Assembly: GCF_041248615.1 (NCBI RefSeq)
Contig: NZ_CP158426.1
Length of the DNA: 64,000 bases
Source of the DNA: Escherichia coli
GTDB lineage: Bacteria > Pseudomonadota > Gammaproteobacteria > Enterobacterales > Enterobacteriaceae
Direction: 5' to 3' (one strand)
Shown here in pieces: positions 1 through 10,562 of the stretch. Every line of letters begins with the position of its first letter. Within the stretch, counting starts at the first letter, position 1. A program made the translations under genes and the position numbers. A model generated the notes under the pieces. That model saw only the letters and a list, made by a program, of their open reading frames with translations, ran no database searches and was not told the origin of the DNA.

Positions 1-503
1 CCGATTCGCTGGCCTTAAAAAGAGTGGAACTCGGCATTGTGACGTTCGGCCCGGTGCATGTGGAACAACCCTTTACCAGCGCCGCTAATTTTTTCCCGCC
101 CATCCTGTTTGCCCAGGGCGATACACCAATGGGCGCTGCCATTACCAAAGCCCTGGATATGGTAGAGGAGCGGAAACGTGAGTATCGTGCAAATGGTATT
201 TCGTATTATCGCCCGTGGATTTTCCTGATCACCGATGGCGCTCCAACCGATGAGTGGCAGGCTGCCGCCAACAAAGTGTTTCAGGGGGAAGAAGATAAGA
301 AGTTTGCCTTCTTTTCCATCGGTGTTCAGGGGGCGGATATGAAGACTTTGGCACAAATCAGCGTTCGTCAGCCTTTGCCACTGCAGGGATTACAATTCCG
401 TGAACTGTTTAGCTGGTTATCCAGTTCGCTGCGTTCGGTTTCCCGCTCCACGCCGGGAACGGAAGTTGTGCTGGAAGCGCCAAAAGGCTGGACGTCAGTG
501 TGA
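1..503 (+). CDS. yegL: von Willebrand factor type A (vWA) domain protein, 5'-truncated by window edge
   Basis: Reading frame is open from the window start to the stop at 501-503. Translation matches the C-terminal part of a vWA domain protein. The stop overlaps the start of the next gene (ATGA at 500-503). Confidence 0.8.
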   Translation, partial: DSLALKRVELGIVTFGPVHVEQPFTSAANFFPPILFAQGDTPMGAAITKALDMVEERKREYRANGISYYRPWIFLITDGAPTDEWQAAANKVFQGEEDKKFAFFSIGVQGADMKTLAQISVRQPLPLQGLQFRELFSWLSSSLRSVSRSTPGTEVVLEAPKGWTSV

Positions 504-1261
504 GCTGGCGTCTGGTCTATGCATCAACCGTTGGAACGTCGCACATCAGCGCGGACTTGCCTTGCCAGGATGCCTGCCAGATGCAGGTTGCCTGGTTAAA
601 TGACCAGCAGCCATTATTGTCGGTATTTGTCGCCGATGGCGCAGGTAGCGTCTCGCAGGGTGGCGAAGGTGCGGAGCTTGCCGTTAATGAAGCGATGGCT
701 TATATGATGCAAAAATTGCAGGGCGGGGAATTGGGGCTTAATGATGTCCTCGCAACGGATATTGTGCTGACCGTTCGTCAGCGACTTTTTGCCGAGGCGG
801 AAGCCAAAGAATTAGCTGTTCGCGATTTTGCCTGCACGTTTATGGGATTGATTTCATCAGCTAATGGCACCCTGATTATGCAGATTGGCGATGGCGGCGT
901 GGTGGTAGATTTGGGGCACGGTCTGCAACTGCCGCTCACGCCGATGGTAGGTGAATATGCCAATATGACACACTTCATTACTGATGAAGATGCCGTTTCC
1001 AGACTGGAAACTTTCACCAGCACTGAGCGTGCGCATAAAGTTGCAGCATTTACGGATGGTATCCAGCGGCTGGCGTTAAATATGCTGGATAATTCTCCCC
1101 ATGTGCCTTTCTTTACCCCGTTTTTCAATGGGCTGGCGTCAGCAACGCAGGAACAACTCGATTTATTACCTGAATTGTTAAAGCAGTTTTTGTCCAGCCC
1201 GGCGGTAAACGAGCGTACGGATGATGATAAAACGTTGGCACTGGCGCTGTGGTTACCATGA
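500..1261 (+). CDS. yegK: PP2C-family Ser/Thr protein phosphatase
   Basis: 253 aa ORF. N-terminal '[15 protein letters not shown]' and 'FVADGAGS' are typical PP2C metal-binding signatures. 4-nt overlaps with both the upstream and downstream gene. Confidence 0.85.
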   Translation: MSWRLVYASTVGTSHISADLPCQDACQMQVAWLNDQQPLLSVFVADGAGSVSQGGEGAELAVNEAMAYMMQKLQGGELGLNDVLATDIVLTVRQRLFAEAEAKELAVRDFACTFMGLISSANGTLIMQIGDGGVVVDLGHGLQLPLTPMVGEYANMTHFITDEDAVSRLETFTSTERAHKVAAFTDGIQRLALNMLDNSPHVPFFTPFFNGLASATQEQLDLLPELLKQFLSSPAVNERTDDDKTLALALWLP

Positions 1262-3198
1262 AACCCACTTTATATACTGCTACTGGTGAGTGCGTTACGC
1301 CAGGCTGTGAACTGGGCAAAGGTGGCGAAGGCGCGGTTTATGATATCGAGGAGTTTGTCGATAGCGTCGCCAAGATTTATCACACGCCGCCACCCGCCTT
1401 AAAACAGGACAAACTTGCCTTTATGGCTGCGACAGCTGACGCACAGTTGCTGAATTATGTCGCCTGGCCGCAGGCAACGCTTCACGGTGGACGAGGCGGA
1501 AAAGTTATCGGTTTTATGATGCCAAAAGTTTCTGGTAAAGAACCGATTCATATGATCTATAGCCCGGCACATCGTCGCCAGAGTTACCCTCATTGTGCGT
1601 GGGATTTTCTACTCTATGTTGCGCGTAATATTGCTTCATCTTTTGCTACGGTTCACGAGCACGGGCATGTCGTGGGTGACGTAAACCAGAACAGCTTTAT
1701 GGTAGGCCGTGACAGCAAAGTGGTGTTGATTGATAGCGACTCCTTTCAGATTAACGCCAACGGCACACTGCATTTATGCGAAGTCGGCGTGTCGCATTTT
1801 ACGCCGCCAGAGCTGCAAACCTTGCCATCATTTGTCGGCTTTGAACGCACCGCGAATCACGATAATTTTGGCCTTGCGTTGCTGATTTTTCACGTCTTGT
1901 TTGGTGGTCGGCATCCTTATTCCGGTGTACCGCTTATCTCTGATGCGGGTAATGCGCTGGAGACGGATATTGCCCATTTCCGTTATGCCTACGCGTCAGA
2001 TAATCAGCGACGTGGTTTAAAACCGCCGCCACGATCTATTCCGCTGTCGATGTTACCGGGCGATGTTGAAGCCATGTTTCAGCAGGCATTCACGGAAAGT
2101 GGCGTGGCAACCGCGCGTCCGACGGCAAAAGCGTGGGTAGCGGCACTTGATTTACTACGCCAACAGTTAAAGAAATGTACCGTTTCGGCAATGCATGTTT
2201 ACCCCGGTCATTTGACTGACTGCCCGTGGTGTGCGCTGGATAATCAAGGCGTTATCTATTTTATTGATCTCGGCGAAGAGGTCATTACCACCGGCGGTGA
2301 TTTTGTGCTGGCGAAAGTCTGGGCAATGGTGATGGCGTCAGTAGCACCACCAGCATTGCAACTGCCATTACCCGATCATTTCCAACCGACTGGCAGGCCG
2401 CTTCCTTTAGGCCTGTTACGGCGTGAATACATCATTCTGATTGAGATCGCACTGTCAGCGTTATCGCTGCTGCTTTGCGGCCTTCAGGTAGAACCGCGTT
2501 ATATCATTTTGGTTCCCGTGCTGGCGGCTATCTGGATTATTGGCAGCCTGACAAGCAAAGCGTACAAAGCAGAAATCCAGCAACGTCGTGAGGCGTTTAA
2601 TCGCGCGAAAATGGACTATGACCATTTAGTAAGCCAGATCCAACGGCTGGGCGGGCTGGAAGGTTTTATCGCCAAACGGGCGATGATCGAAAAAATGAAG
2701 GACGAAATTCTCGGGTTACCGGAAGAGGAGAAACGCGCTCTGGCAGCACTTCATGACACTGCAAGGGAACGGCAGAAGCAGAAGTTTCTGGAGGGATTTT
2801 TTATTGATGTTGCCTCTATTCCCGGCGTTGGCCCTGCGCGTAAAGCGGCGTTACGGTCTTTTGGTATTGAAACAGCCGCAGATGTTACCCGTCGTGGCGT
2901 TAAGCAAGTGAAAGGGTTTGGCGACCATCTGACCCAGGCGGTTATCGACTGGAAAGCGAGTTGTGAACGCCGTTTTGTGTTCAGGCCGAACGAAGCGGTA
3001 ACGCCTGCAGACAGACAAGCGGTACTGACTAAAATGGCCGCCAAACGACATCGGCTGGAATCGACGTTGACTGTCGGCGCGACAGAGTTGCAGCGATTCC
3101 GCCTTCAAGCTCCAGCACGGACCATGCCGTTGATGGAACCGTTACGTCAGGCGGCAGAAAAACTGGCTCAGGCGCAGGCTGAATTAAGCCGTTGCTGA
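1258..3198 (+). CDS. yegI: atypical Ser/Thr protein kinase: N-terminal kinase-like domain, two predicted TM helices, C-terminal HhH-like motifs
   Basis: About 646 aa. Glycine-rich 'ELGKGGEGAVYD' loop near the N-terminus and an HGHVVGDVNQNS catalytic-loop-like segment. Two hydrophobic stretches around aa 380-430. C-terminal 'IPGVGPARKAALRSFG' and 'VKGFGDHLTQAV' motifs. Start taken at the ATG overlapping the yegK stop (ATGA); an in-frame ATG at 1249 is the alternative. Confidence 0.85.
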   Translation: MKPTLYTATGECVTPGCELGKGGEGAVYDIEEFVDSVAKIYHTPPPALKQDKLAFMAATADAQLLNYVAWPQATLHGGRGGKVIGFMMPKVSGKEPIHMIYSPAHRRQSYPHCAWDFLLYVARNIASSFATVHEHGHVVGDVNQNSFMVGRDSKVVLIDSDSFQINANGTLHLCEVGVSHFTPPELQTLPSFVGFERTANHDNFGLALLIFHVLFGGRHPYSGVPLISDAGNALETDIAHFRYAYASDNQRRGLKPPPRSIPLSMLPGDVEAMFQQAFTESGVATARPTAKAWVAALDLLRQQLKKCTVSAMHVYPGHLTDCPWCALDNQGVIYFIDLGEEVITTGGDFVLAKVWAMVMASVAPPALQLPLPDHFQPTGRPLPLGLLRREYIILIEIALSALSLLLCGLQVEPRYIILVPVLAAIWIIGSLTSKAYKAEIQQRREAFNRAKMDYDHLVSQIQRLGGLEGFIAKRAMIEKMKDEILGLPEEEKRALAALHDTARERQKQKFLEGFFIDVASIPGVGPARKAALRSFGIETAADVTRRGVKQVKGFGDHLTQAVIDWKASCERRFVFRPNEAVTPADRQAVLTKMAAKRHRLESTLTVGATELQRFRLQAPARTMPLMEPLRQAAEKLAQAQAELSRC

Positions 3199-3210
3199 GC
3201 CAGTTTTCAA

Positions 3211-4563
3211 TTAACGAAACACCACTTCCGCCCAGCGTGCCAGCCCGGCGGTGACGGAGCCAAAGTCATCGCCGCCTGCAATCGGAATGCCCGGCAACTG
3301 TTCTGCCAGCGCCTTTTTAATCAGCGGTGAACGGGCGCTACCGCCGGTCAGGTAGATAACGTCCGGTTTTTCCTGGGCGTTATCCAGGGCCAGTTGCACC
3401 TGTTCCAGAATCCGCGCCAGTGGCTGGCTGAGGGCGCTTTCCAGCCCTTGCTGGCTAATCAGCGTAGCCAGTTCATCGCTGATAAACGGCAGTGAGGCGC
3501 GGGTTTCCGCTACGCTTGAAAGCGCAATTTTGCTCTCTTCTGCGCTACGTACCAGGCGATAGCTTAAACGCTGACGCCAGACTTTCTGTAACAGGGCCAC
3601 TTTTTCCGGTTCGCGGGCATCGCGTACCAGATCGTTAAGCAGACGACCGTTGGCACTACTGTAGAAATCACTTTGCGCAGGGACGTCGTTGATGGCAACC
3701 GCATTCCACCACGGCAGAATCGGCAGGGCGATGCCTTTTTCGGTTTCGCCCCCCATGCCCAGTAACGGCATCAGGTTTTTAAACGCCAGTGCGATATCCA
3801 GATCGTTACCGCCAATACGGCAACCACTGTGACCCAGCAGGCTGGCTTCACGATCGAGACGCGAACGCCACTGCGGCCCCATCAGCAGCAATGAACAGTC
3901 AGTCGTACCACCGCCGATATCCACCACCAGCACCCGTTTTTCTTCCTGCAAGGTGGCTTCGTAATCCAGCCCAGCCGCGACCGGCTCGTACTGGAATACC
4001 ACATCCTTAAACCCGGCACGCTTCGCCGCGCGTTCCAGAATCCCCTGCGCCTGGGTGTTTGCTTCATCGCCGCCAAGCCCCTGGAAGTTGATAGGGCGAC
4101 CAATTACCGCCTGAGTAATCGCATCCGGCAGCTGTGCCTGCGCCTGCTGGCGAATGTGCAACATCATTGCGCAGACCAGATCCTCAAACAGCGCTACCTG
4201 CTGCGGTTTTAAGCCGCTGGCACCGAGGAACGATTTTGGTGATTTCACAAACCACACTTCTTCTGGATCATCAATGTACTGTGCCAGTGAGGAAAGACCG
4301 AACTGCACGCTTTTCGCCGTAACATCGATATCTTCTTCGCGGTTATAACGAATCGCCCGACGCAACAGCGCCTGCGTTTCATCGTCGTCTGCCGGAACAT
4401 CATGATGGCGGTACAGCCATTCGCTTACCGCTTCACGCGTTGGCGCGCAAAGCATTGAAGGCAGCAGCGTGCTGTCGTTTTCCATTTTCAGTAATTGCGG
4501 CTTACCGTCGCGCATGACCGCCACTGAACAGTTTGCTGTACCGTAATCAAAACCAATAAACAC
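3211..4563 (-). CDS. yegD: Hsp70/actin-fold ATPase (DnaK-like chaperone homologue)
   Basis: About 450 aa. 'IGFDYGTANCSVAV' phosphate-1 motif and 'VIYLTGGSARSPLI' connect-2 motif of the Hsp70/actin fold. Probable GTG start at 4561-4563. Convergent with yegI, stops only 12 bp apart. Confidence 0.85.
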   Translation of the reverse strand: MFIGFDYGTANCSVAVMRDGKPQLLKMENDSTLLPSMLCAPTREAVSEWLYRHHDVPADDDETQALLRRAIRYNREEDIDVTAKSVQFGLSSLAQYIDDPEEVWFVKSPKSFLGASGLKPQQVALFEDLVCAMMLHIRQQAQAQLPDAITQAVIGRPINFQGLGGDEANTQAQGILERAAKRAGFKDVVFQYEPVAAGLDYEATLQEEKRVLVVDIGGGTTDCSLLLMGPQWRSRLDREASLLGHSGCRIGGNDLDIALAFKNLMPLLGMGGETEKGIALPILPWWNAVAINDVPAQSDFYSSANGRLLNDLVRDAREPEKVALLQKVWRQRLSYRLVRSAEESKIALSSVAETRASLPFISDELATLISQQGLESALSQPLARILEQVQLALDNAQEKPDVIYLTGGSARSPLIKKALAEQLPGIPIAGGDDFGSVTAGLARWAEVVFR

Positions 4564-4696
4564 GAAATAATCCCCATGCCGGTGAAGAAGGGGCGTGACT
4601 TTAGCGAAATGTTGCCGTCGCGACAACCGGAATATGAAAGCAAAGCGTAGCGTCTGAATAACGTTTATGCTGAAAGCGGATTAACAAGGAGATGCG

Positions 4697-5554
4697 ATGT
4701 ATACCCTGAACTGGCAGCCGCCGTATGACTGGTCGTGGATGTTGGGATTTCTCGCCGCCCGTGCGGTGAACGGTGTGGAAACGGTCGCTGACGATTATTA
4801 TGCCCGTAGTCTGGCGGTGGGCGAATATCGCGGCGTGGTGACTGCTATTCCGGATATAGCCCGCCATACTCTGCACATAAATTTAAGTGCAGGTTTAGAA
4901 CCTGTTGCCGCAGAGTGTCTGGCGAAAATGAGCCGCCTGTTTGATCTGCAATGTAACCCGCAGATTGTTAACGGTGCGTTGGGCAAGTTAGGCGCGGCGC
5001 GGCCCGGATTGCGTTTACCCGGCAGTGTTGATGCTTTTGAGCAGGGCGTGCGGGCGATTTTAGGCCAACTGGTGAGCGTGGCGATGGCGGCAAAATTGAC
5101 CGCCAGAGTGGCACAGCTTTATGGCGAACGGCTGGATGATTTTCCGGATTATGTCTGCTTCCCCACGCCTCAGCGGCTGGCAGCAGCCGACCCGCAGGCA
5201 TTAAAAGCGTTAGGTATGCCGTTGAAACGGGCAGAGGCGCTGATTAATCTGGCAAATGCGGCGCTGGAGGGCACCTTACCAATGACAATTCCGGGCGACG
5301 TAGAGCAAGCGATGAAAACGCTGCAAACTTTTCCGGGTATCGGGCGCTGGACGGCGAATTATTTCGCCTTACGTGGCTGGCAGGCGAAAGATGTTTTCCT
5401 GCCGGATGATTATCTGATTAAACAGCGATTTCCGGGAATGACACCGGCACAAATCCGCCGTTATGCCGAACGCTGGAAGCCCTGGCGTTCTTATGCGCTG
5501 TTGCATATCTGGTATACGGAAGGCTGGCAACCAGACGGAACGGACGAATTGTAG
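4697..5554 (+). CDS. alkA: 3-methyladenine DNA glycosylase II
   Basis: About 285 aa ORF. HhH-GPD glycosylase region ('FPGIGRWTANYFALRG') and recognisable AlkA N-terminus 'MYTLNWQPPYDWSWM'. Confidence 0.9.
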   Translation: MYTLNWQPPYDWSWMLGFLAARAVNGVETVADDYYARSLAVGEYRGVVTAIPDIARHTLHINLSAGLEPVAAECLAKMSRLFDLQCNPQIVNGALGKLGAARPGLRLPGSVDAFEQGVRAILGQLVSVAMAAKLTARVAQLYGERLDDFPDYVCFPTPQRLAAADPQALKALGMPLKRAEALINLANAALEGTLPMTIPGDVEQAMKTLQTFPGIGRWTANYFALRGWQAKDVFLPDDYLIKQRFPGMTPAQIRRYAERWKPWRSYALLHIWYTEGWQPDGTDEL

Positions 5555-5576
5555 GCCTGATACGCCGCATCAGGCG
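5551..5576. repeat. REP (repetitive extragenic palindromic) element between alkA and dgcE
   Basis: 'gtaggcctgatacgccgcatcaggc' has REP-type palindromic structure. Confidence 0.6.
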
Positions 5577-5591
5577 ATGGGGAAGCACGCC

Positions 5592-8500
5592 TCAGTTAAT
5601 CGCGAAATAACTGCTATTCACCAGCAAATCCAGCGGTTGGGCATCGGCAATCACATCGCCATAAATCAGATCGACGCCGATGCCAGAAAGCGTATCCATC
5701 ACCAGGGGTAAAACTACTGGCCCGGCGATGGTCTTCATCCCGAGCCGCTGAGCGTGCCCCTGAATGATCGTAATCAGCATCTCATCCATCAAATTTCCCT
5801 GCACGTTGGCGCATAACTCACCATCAAGTAGCAGGTAATCTGCCATATTCGCTTTCAGCGAGTTGAAGATTTGCAGATCGCGGCCCACCTGACTGAATAC
5901 GATCCGACATCCCGCCAGCCGCAGTTTTTGCACGTTTTCTGCGTGATCTAAAATCGCGTCTGCCGGAATAATCAGATGTAATAACCGTGGTGGTAGAGGG
6001 CTATTTTCCAGCTGCTCAATTAGTTCATTCACCAGCGTGGCGCTACTCAAACCGGCAACGGAAAGCGGGAGGGCGATGCTTATACCTTTACTGGCAACCG
6101 CTTTGGCGGCCTGCTGGAAAAAATCGTGGAATACCCGTCGGTCAAGAGCATGGCTAAGTGCCGGATCGCTGAAGCTACGACGAAATGTTTGTTCATCAAT
6201 AATCTCGCCTTCGCAACTCCAGAGCTTAAGTGAAATCAGCCACAAATTACGCGCTTTCGGGATCCGCGGCGAAGCGACACCGTGGGCGATCATCATCAAC
6301 TGATTCTCTTTAATCATCCGCCACTGTTCATCAAGCGACATCGCCGCCCGTTCGCTATGTGCGGTAGCTTGCTGCGGTTCGTAAATCGTCACCCGGCCCC
6401 GGCCACCATTTTTGGAGGCATAACAGGCGATATCAGCCTGCGACATCACTTCAGCCGCCTGATGATTGTTGTCATCAATCAAGGTAATCCCGGCACTGGC
6501 ACCTACCCGATGTACACGTCCTTCCCAGATAAAGTGATAGTCATTCACGGCGCTGATAATGCGTGTAGCGATAAAACGCGCACTTTCGACATTACAATCT
6601 GGCAGCAGCAGACCAAATTCATCGCCACCGAGTCGCGCCAGCACGTCGCTGGAGCGCAGCATACTCAGCATCAACGACGCCAGTTCGCGCAGTAAAGCAT
6701 CGCCAGCGGCGTGCCCGGCGCTGTCATTCACCGCTTTAAAGCGATCAAGATCGATAAACACCAGTGCATGTCGCTGATGTGTACTGTTTACCGTTTGCAG
6801 CAGGATACGCAGTTGCTTCTCAAAACTGGCGCGATTGGCGAGATGCGTCAGTGCATCATGGGAGGCGCTGTAGCTCAGCTGGCGCAGCATTTTGCGTGAT
6901 TCGGTGACGTCCTGAATCACCAGAACCGAGCCTATATTGCTGCCGTCCAGAGTACTTAACGGCGTAATACTGTAATGCACGTCGTAGCTGCCGCCGCTCC
7001 GGCAGTGCAACACCACATCTTGTTCAATCGCGGAACGTGAGGTGTCGGCACTGTAAATGTTCTCCATTAATGGTCCGTTGTCGCCAAAAGTAATATGCAA
7101 CACCGTCAGGAGCGGAACACCTAATGCTTCTTCCTGCGTCCAGCCGCTCATCTTCTCCGCCACCGGATTCATAAAGGTAATTTTCATCGCCATATCAATA
7201 CAGACCACGGCTTCGCCGATGGAATCCAGCGTAATGTGCAGGCGCTCTTTTTCCTGAAACAATGCCTCGTTAAGCTGTTTCACTTCGGTCATATCCATAT
7301 TAATGCCGAGCAGGCGTTCGACTTCGCCTTCTTTATTCAGTACCCGGTTAGCGAGGGCGCGGATATGGCGAATGCCGTCTTTCACGGTAATGCGAAATTC
7401 CAGTTTAAAGGGAGAGCGTGATTGCAATGAATCGCGAATCACTTTTTCGGCGTGCTGGCGATCTTCCGGCAGCACGCACTCGTACCACACCTGCCAGTTC
7501 GGTTTGATATGCGGAGGAATTTCATACAGCTCGAACATCCGCTTATCCCAGCTAAAAATATTCGGCTTAAGCTCCCACTCCCAGATGCCAATTCCGCCCG
7601 CTTCGTTAGCCAGCGTGATGCGCTCCATCAGTTGCTGGTTCACCTGTTCGGTGCGTTTTAGCTCGTTAATGTCTTCAATCTGAGCGATAAAATAGAGCGG
7701 CGTACCATCGGTGTGGCGCACCAGTGAGACGGCAAGCAACGCCCAGACAACATCGCCATTGCGGTTGTAGTAGCGTTTTTCCATTGAATAGGTGTTTATT
7801 TCACCGCTGATCAGCTTTTCAACCTGTTGCAGATCTTTATTGAGATCCTCCGGCCAGGTCAGTTGCTGAAAGGTGAGTCCGCGCAGTTCTTCCTGACTGT
7901 AACCGAGAAACTGGCAGAGCGCTTTGTTGGATTGCAGCCATTGCCCCTCGGTGCCCACTAATGCCATGCCGATGGCGGAATATTCCATCGCGTTCCGAAA
8001 GCGGGTTTCGCTTTCGGAAATGTGTTTGCGTTCCGCACGAAAGGCATACATCACCATGGTCATGATGTTGGCGGGCAGCAGGATCAGCAAAAACGGTAGC
8101 CACGGCATATGGCTCATCAGGTATGTACGCGGCGTAGCAAGCAGGGAGGGATCCGCGGCCATCATCAGTGACACCATCATCACCGTGGTAAGGAAGATCA
8201 AAAAGGCTTCCATTCGTGGCAGGCGCACGGCGCTCCACATCAACAGCACAATAATGAAAGTAAAAGGCCACGGCAGATACAGCATCGAAAGCCAGCTTAA
8301 CGTCAGTGTGATGGCTAACGTGAGCAGCGACTCAAAAAGCAACCGTGGGTTGCGATGGCGCAGCAGATAGTGTGGTTTAAATAACAATCCCAGCGGCACT
8401 AGTGCCAGTGCGCCGATGGATTCTGAAAGTACCCATATCAAAAATGCCCTGAGAGGATCGTCTCCGGGCGTCAGCAGGGCAACCAGAACACCCCCCAACA

Positions 8501-8909
8501 GAGGCGGAACAATGGCGCTGCCGAGTGCCAGACGCAGCCAGTCAGCCAGATTTTGCAATGGGTTATACCACGGCAGCAATTTACGCAGTAGCACTGCCCC
8601 GACCACGGCTTCAACAATATTGATGGTCGTCCAGGTCATGTTCAGCGAGCTGGTGGAAAAAAGCAGGATGGATGCGGCGATATTTCCCAGCGAGCAGCTC
8701 AGCGCAATTCCCGGCCACATGCGCCCGGCATGGCGATAAAACGCCACCATCATGATGGACGTCGGGAACCACAGTGGGGCGAGTTGGGTGCCAAACTGCG
8801 AAAGCTCAAGCGAGAAAAGGGTAAAGATAAACGAGACTAAACCTAAACTGACCAGGTGAAGCAGCGGGTGGGGCAGGGCAATTAATACATGCTGTGATTG
8901 TTTGCTCAT
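5592..8909 (-). CDS. dgcE: membrane diguanylate cyclase (MASE1 - PAS - GGDEF - degenerate EAL)
   Basis: 1105 aa. N-terminal polytopic membrane region, PAS-like repeats, intact 'GGDEF' motif ('RLGGDEFGLL'), C-terminal EAL-like domain without a canonical EAL motif. Confidence 0.9.
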   Translation of the reverse strand: MSKQSQHVLIALPHPLLHLVSLGLVSFIFTLFSLELSQFGTQLAPLWFPTSIMMVAFYRHAGRMWPGIALSCSLGNIAASILLFSTSSLNMTWTTINIVEAVVGAVLLRKLLPWYNPLQNLADWLRLALGSAIVPPLLGGVLVALLTPGDDPLRAFLIWVLSESIGALALVPLGLLFKPHYLLRHRNPRLLFESLLTLAITLTLSWLSMLYLPWPFTFIIVLLMWSAVRLPRMEAFLIFLTTVMMVSLMMAADPSLLATPRTYLMSHMPWLPFLLILLPANIMTMVMYAFRAERKHISESETRFRNAMEYSAIGMALVGTEGQWLQSNKALCQFLGYSQEELRGLTFQQLTWPEDLNKDLQQVEKLISGEINTYSMEKRYYNRNGDVVWALLAVSLVRHTDGTPLYFIAQIEDINELKRTEQVNQQLMERITLANEAGGIGIWEWELKPNIFSWDKRMFELYEIPPHIKPNWQVWYECVLPEDRQHAEKVIRDSLQSRSPFKLEFRITVKDGIRHIRALANRVLNKEGEVERLLGINMDMTEVKQLNEALFQEKERLHITLDSIGEAVVCIDMAMKITFMNPVAEKMSGWTQEEALGVPLLTVLHITFGDNGPLMENIYSADTSRSAIEQDVVLHCRSGGSYDVHYSITPLSTLDGSNIGSVLVIQDVTESRKMLRQLSYSASHDALTHLANRASFEKQLRILLQTVNSTHQRHALVFIDLDRFKAVNDSAGHAAGDALLRELASLMLSMLRSSDVLARLGGDEFGLLLPDCNVESARFIATRIISAVNDYHFIWEGRVHRVGASAGITLIDDNNHQAAEVMSQADIACYASKNGGRGRVTIYEPQQATAHSERAAMSLDEQWRMIKENQLMMIAHGVASPRIPKARNLWLISLKLWSCEGEIIDEQTFRRSFSDPALSHALDRRVFHDFFQQAAKAVASKGISIALPLSVAGLSSATLVNELIEQLENSPLPPRLLHLIIPADAILDHAENVQKLRLAGCRIVFSQVGRDLQIFNSLKANMADYLLLDGELCANVQGNLMDEMLITIIQGHAQRLGMKTIAGPVVLPLVMDTLSGIGVDLIYGDVIADAQPLDLLVNSSYFAIN

Positions 8910-9226
8910 TACCGCTTTATCCGCAAGACCAGGTCGCCAGTATTCGTTTCTGTGTTTATGCTAGTACAAAAGTTTTACATTTTATATGCGAATTGCTCAT
9001 AAAGTGACGTAAAGGCGGATAATTTGCGCAACGGCGTATAACATTTTTTACCTTGTATAAAACTGATCAACGTAATTTGCCACCGGGAATTCTTTGTCAA
9101 CAATTAACTCTGAGCGCGCGGCAACGCTATTCGACTGGTATCAGGCGGATGAAATCCCTATAATTGCCGCGTTTGGCGCTTCGTCGCCCCCTTCCTAACA
9201 TCCAGGTTAATCAGGTCGCTAAATAT

Positions 9227-9868
9227 ATGACTGATCAGTCTCATCAGTGCGTCATTATCGGTATCGCTGGCGCATCGGCTTCCGGCAAGAGTCTTATTGC
9301 CAGTACCCTTTATCGTGAATTACGTGAGCAAGTCGGTGATGAACACATCGGCGTAATTCCCGAAGACTGCTATTACAAAGATCAAAGCCATCTGTCGATG
9401 GAAGAACGCGTTAAGACCAACTACGACCATCCCAGCGCGATGGATCACAGCCTGCTGCTTGAGCATTTACAAGCGTTGAAACGCGGCTCGGCAATTGACC
9501 TGCCGGTTTACAGCTATGTTGAACATACGCGTATGAAAGAAACGGTGACGGTTGAGCCGAAGAAAGTCATCATTCTCGAAGGCATTTTGCTGCTAACGGA
9601 TGCGCGTTTGCGTGATGAACTTAACTTCTCAATTTTCGTTGATACCCCGCTGGATATCTGCCTGATGCGCCGCATCAAGCGTGACGTTAACGAGCGTGGG
9701 CGTTCAATGGATTCAGTGATGGCGCAATATCAAAAAACCGTGCGTCCGATGTTCCTGCAATTCATTGAGCCTTCTAAACAATATGCGGACATTATCGTGC
9801 CGCGCGGCGGGAAAAACCGCATCGCCATCGATATATTGAAAGCGAAAATAAGTCAGTTCTTTGAATAA
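9227..9868 (+). CDS. udk: uridine/cytidine kinase
   Basis: 213 aa from the ATG at 9227. P-loop '[11 protein letters not shown]'. The ORF track's upstream start at 9164 looks like an alternative-codon extension. Confidence 0.93.
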
Positions 9869-9959
9869 GCTTGATAAATTGTGTACCGTTCAGTGATAAC
9901 CTGGTATGCCCTTGACGTAATTGGCGTTAAGGGAGTGATGCGCGAAAGGAGAAAATGCC

Positions 9960-10541
9960 ATGCGTCTGTGTGACCGAGATATTGAAGCCTGGCTTGATGA
10001 AGGCCGTTTGTCGATCAACCCACGTCCGCCAGTGGAGCGTATTAACGGCGCGACAGTGGATGTGCGCCTGGGCAATAAATTTCGTACCTTCCGTGGTCAC
10101 ACGGCAGCGTTTATCGATCTGAGCGGTCCCAAAGATGAAGTGAGCGCCGCGCTTGACCGCGTGATGAGCGATGAGATCGTTCTCGATGAAAGCGAGGCGT
10201 TCTATCTTCACCCAGGAGAGCTGGCGCTGGCGGTGACGCTGGAGTCGGTGACGCTGCCAGCCGATCTGGTGGGATGGCTGGACGGTCGTTCCTCACTGGC
10301 GCGTCTGGGGCTTATGGTGCACGTCACCGCGCACCGTATCGATCCGGGCTGGTCTGGCTGTATTGTGCTGGAGTTCTACAACTCCGGTAAGCTGCCGCTG
10401 GCGCTGCGTCCGGGCATGTTAATTGGTGCGCTGAGCTTTGAGCCGCTTTCCGGCCCGGCGGCGCGACCTTACAACCGCCGTGAAGATGCGAAATATCGCA
10501 ACCAGCAGGGCGCGGTAGCCAGCCGAATCGATAAAGACTAA
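9960..10541 (+). CDS. dcd: dCTP deaminase
   Basis: 193 aa. Conserved Dcd sequence '[12 protein letters not shown]...'. Directly upstream of asmA, as in the E. coli udk-dcd-asmA arrangement. Confidence 0.93.
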   Translation: MRLCDRDIEAWLDEGRLSINPRPPVERINGATVDVRLGNKFRTFRGHTAAFIDLSGPKDEVSAALDRVMSDEIVLDESEAFYLHPGELALAVTLESVTLPADLVGWLDGRSSLARLGLMVHVTAHRIDPGWSGCIVLEFYNSGKLPLALRPGMLIGALSFEPLSGPAARPYNRREDAKYRNQQGAVASRIDKD

Positions 10542-10562
10542 TTCAGGCCCATTGAGGATACC

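Noticed and set aside
15..356. A 113-aa minus-strand ORF at the left edge of the window.
   Set aside because: It is fully antisense to the yegL coding region, which has a continuous open frame from the window edge and recognisable vWA-domain sequence.
1249..1261. Expectation of an additional small gene (remembered as yegJ) between yegK and yegI.
   Set aside because: The two genes overlap by 4 nt here and no ORF of suitable size exists on either strand. I cannot tell from this sequence alone whether the reference gene order differs or my recollection is wrong, so no deletion is claimed.
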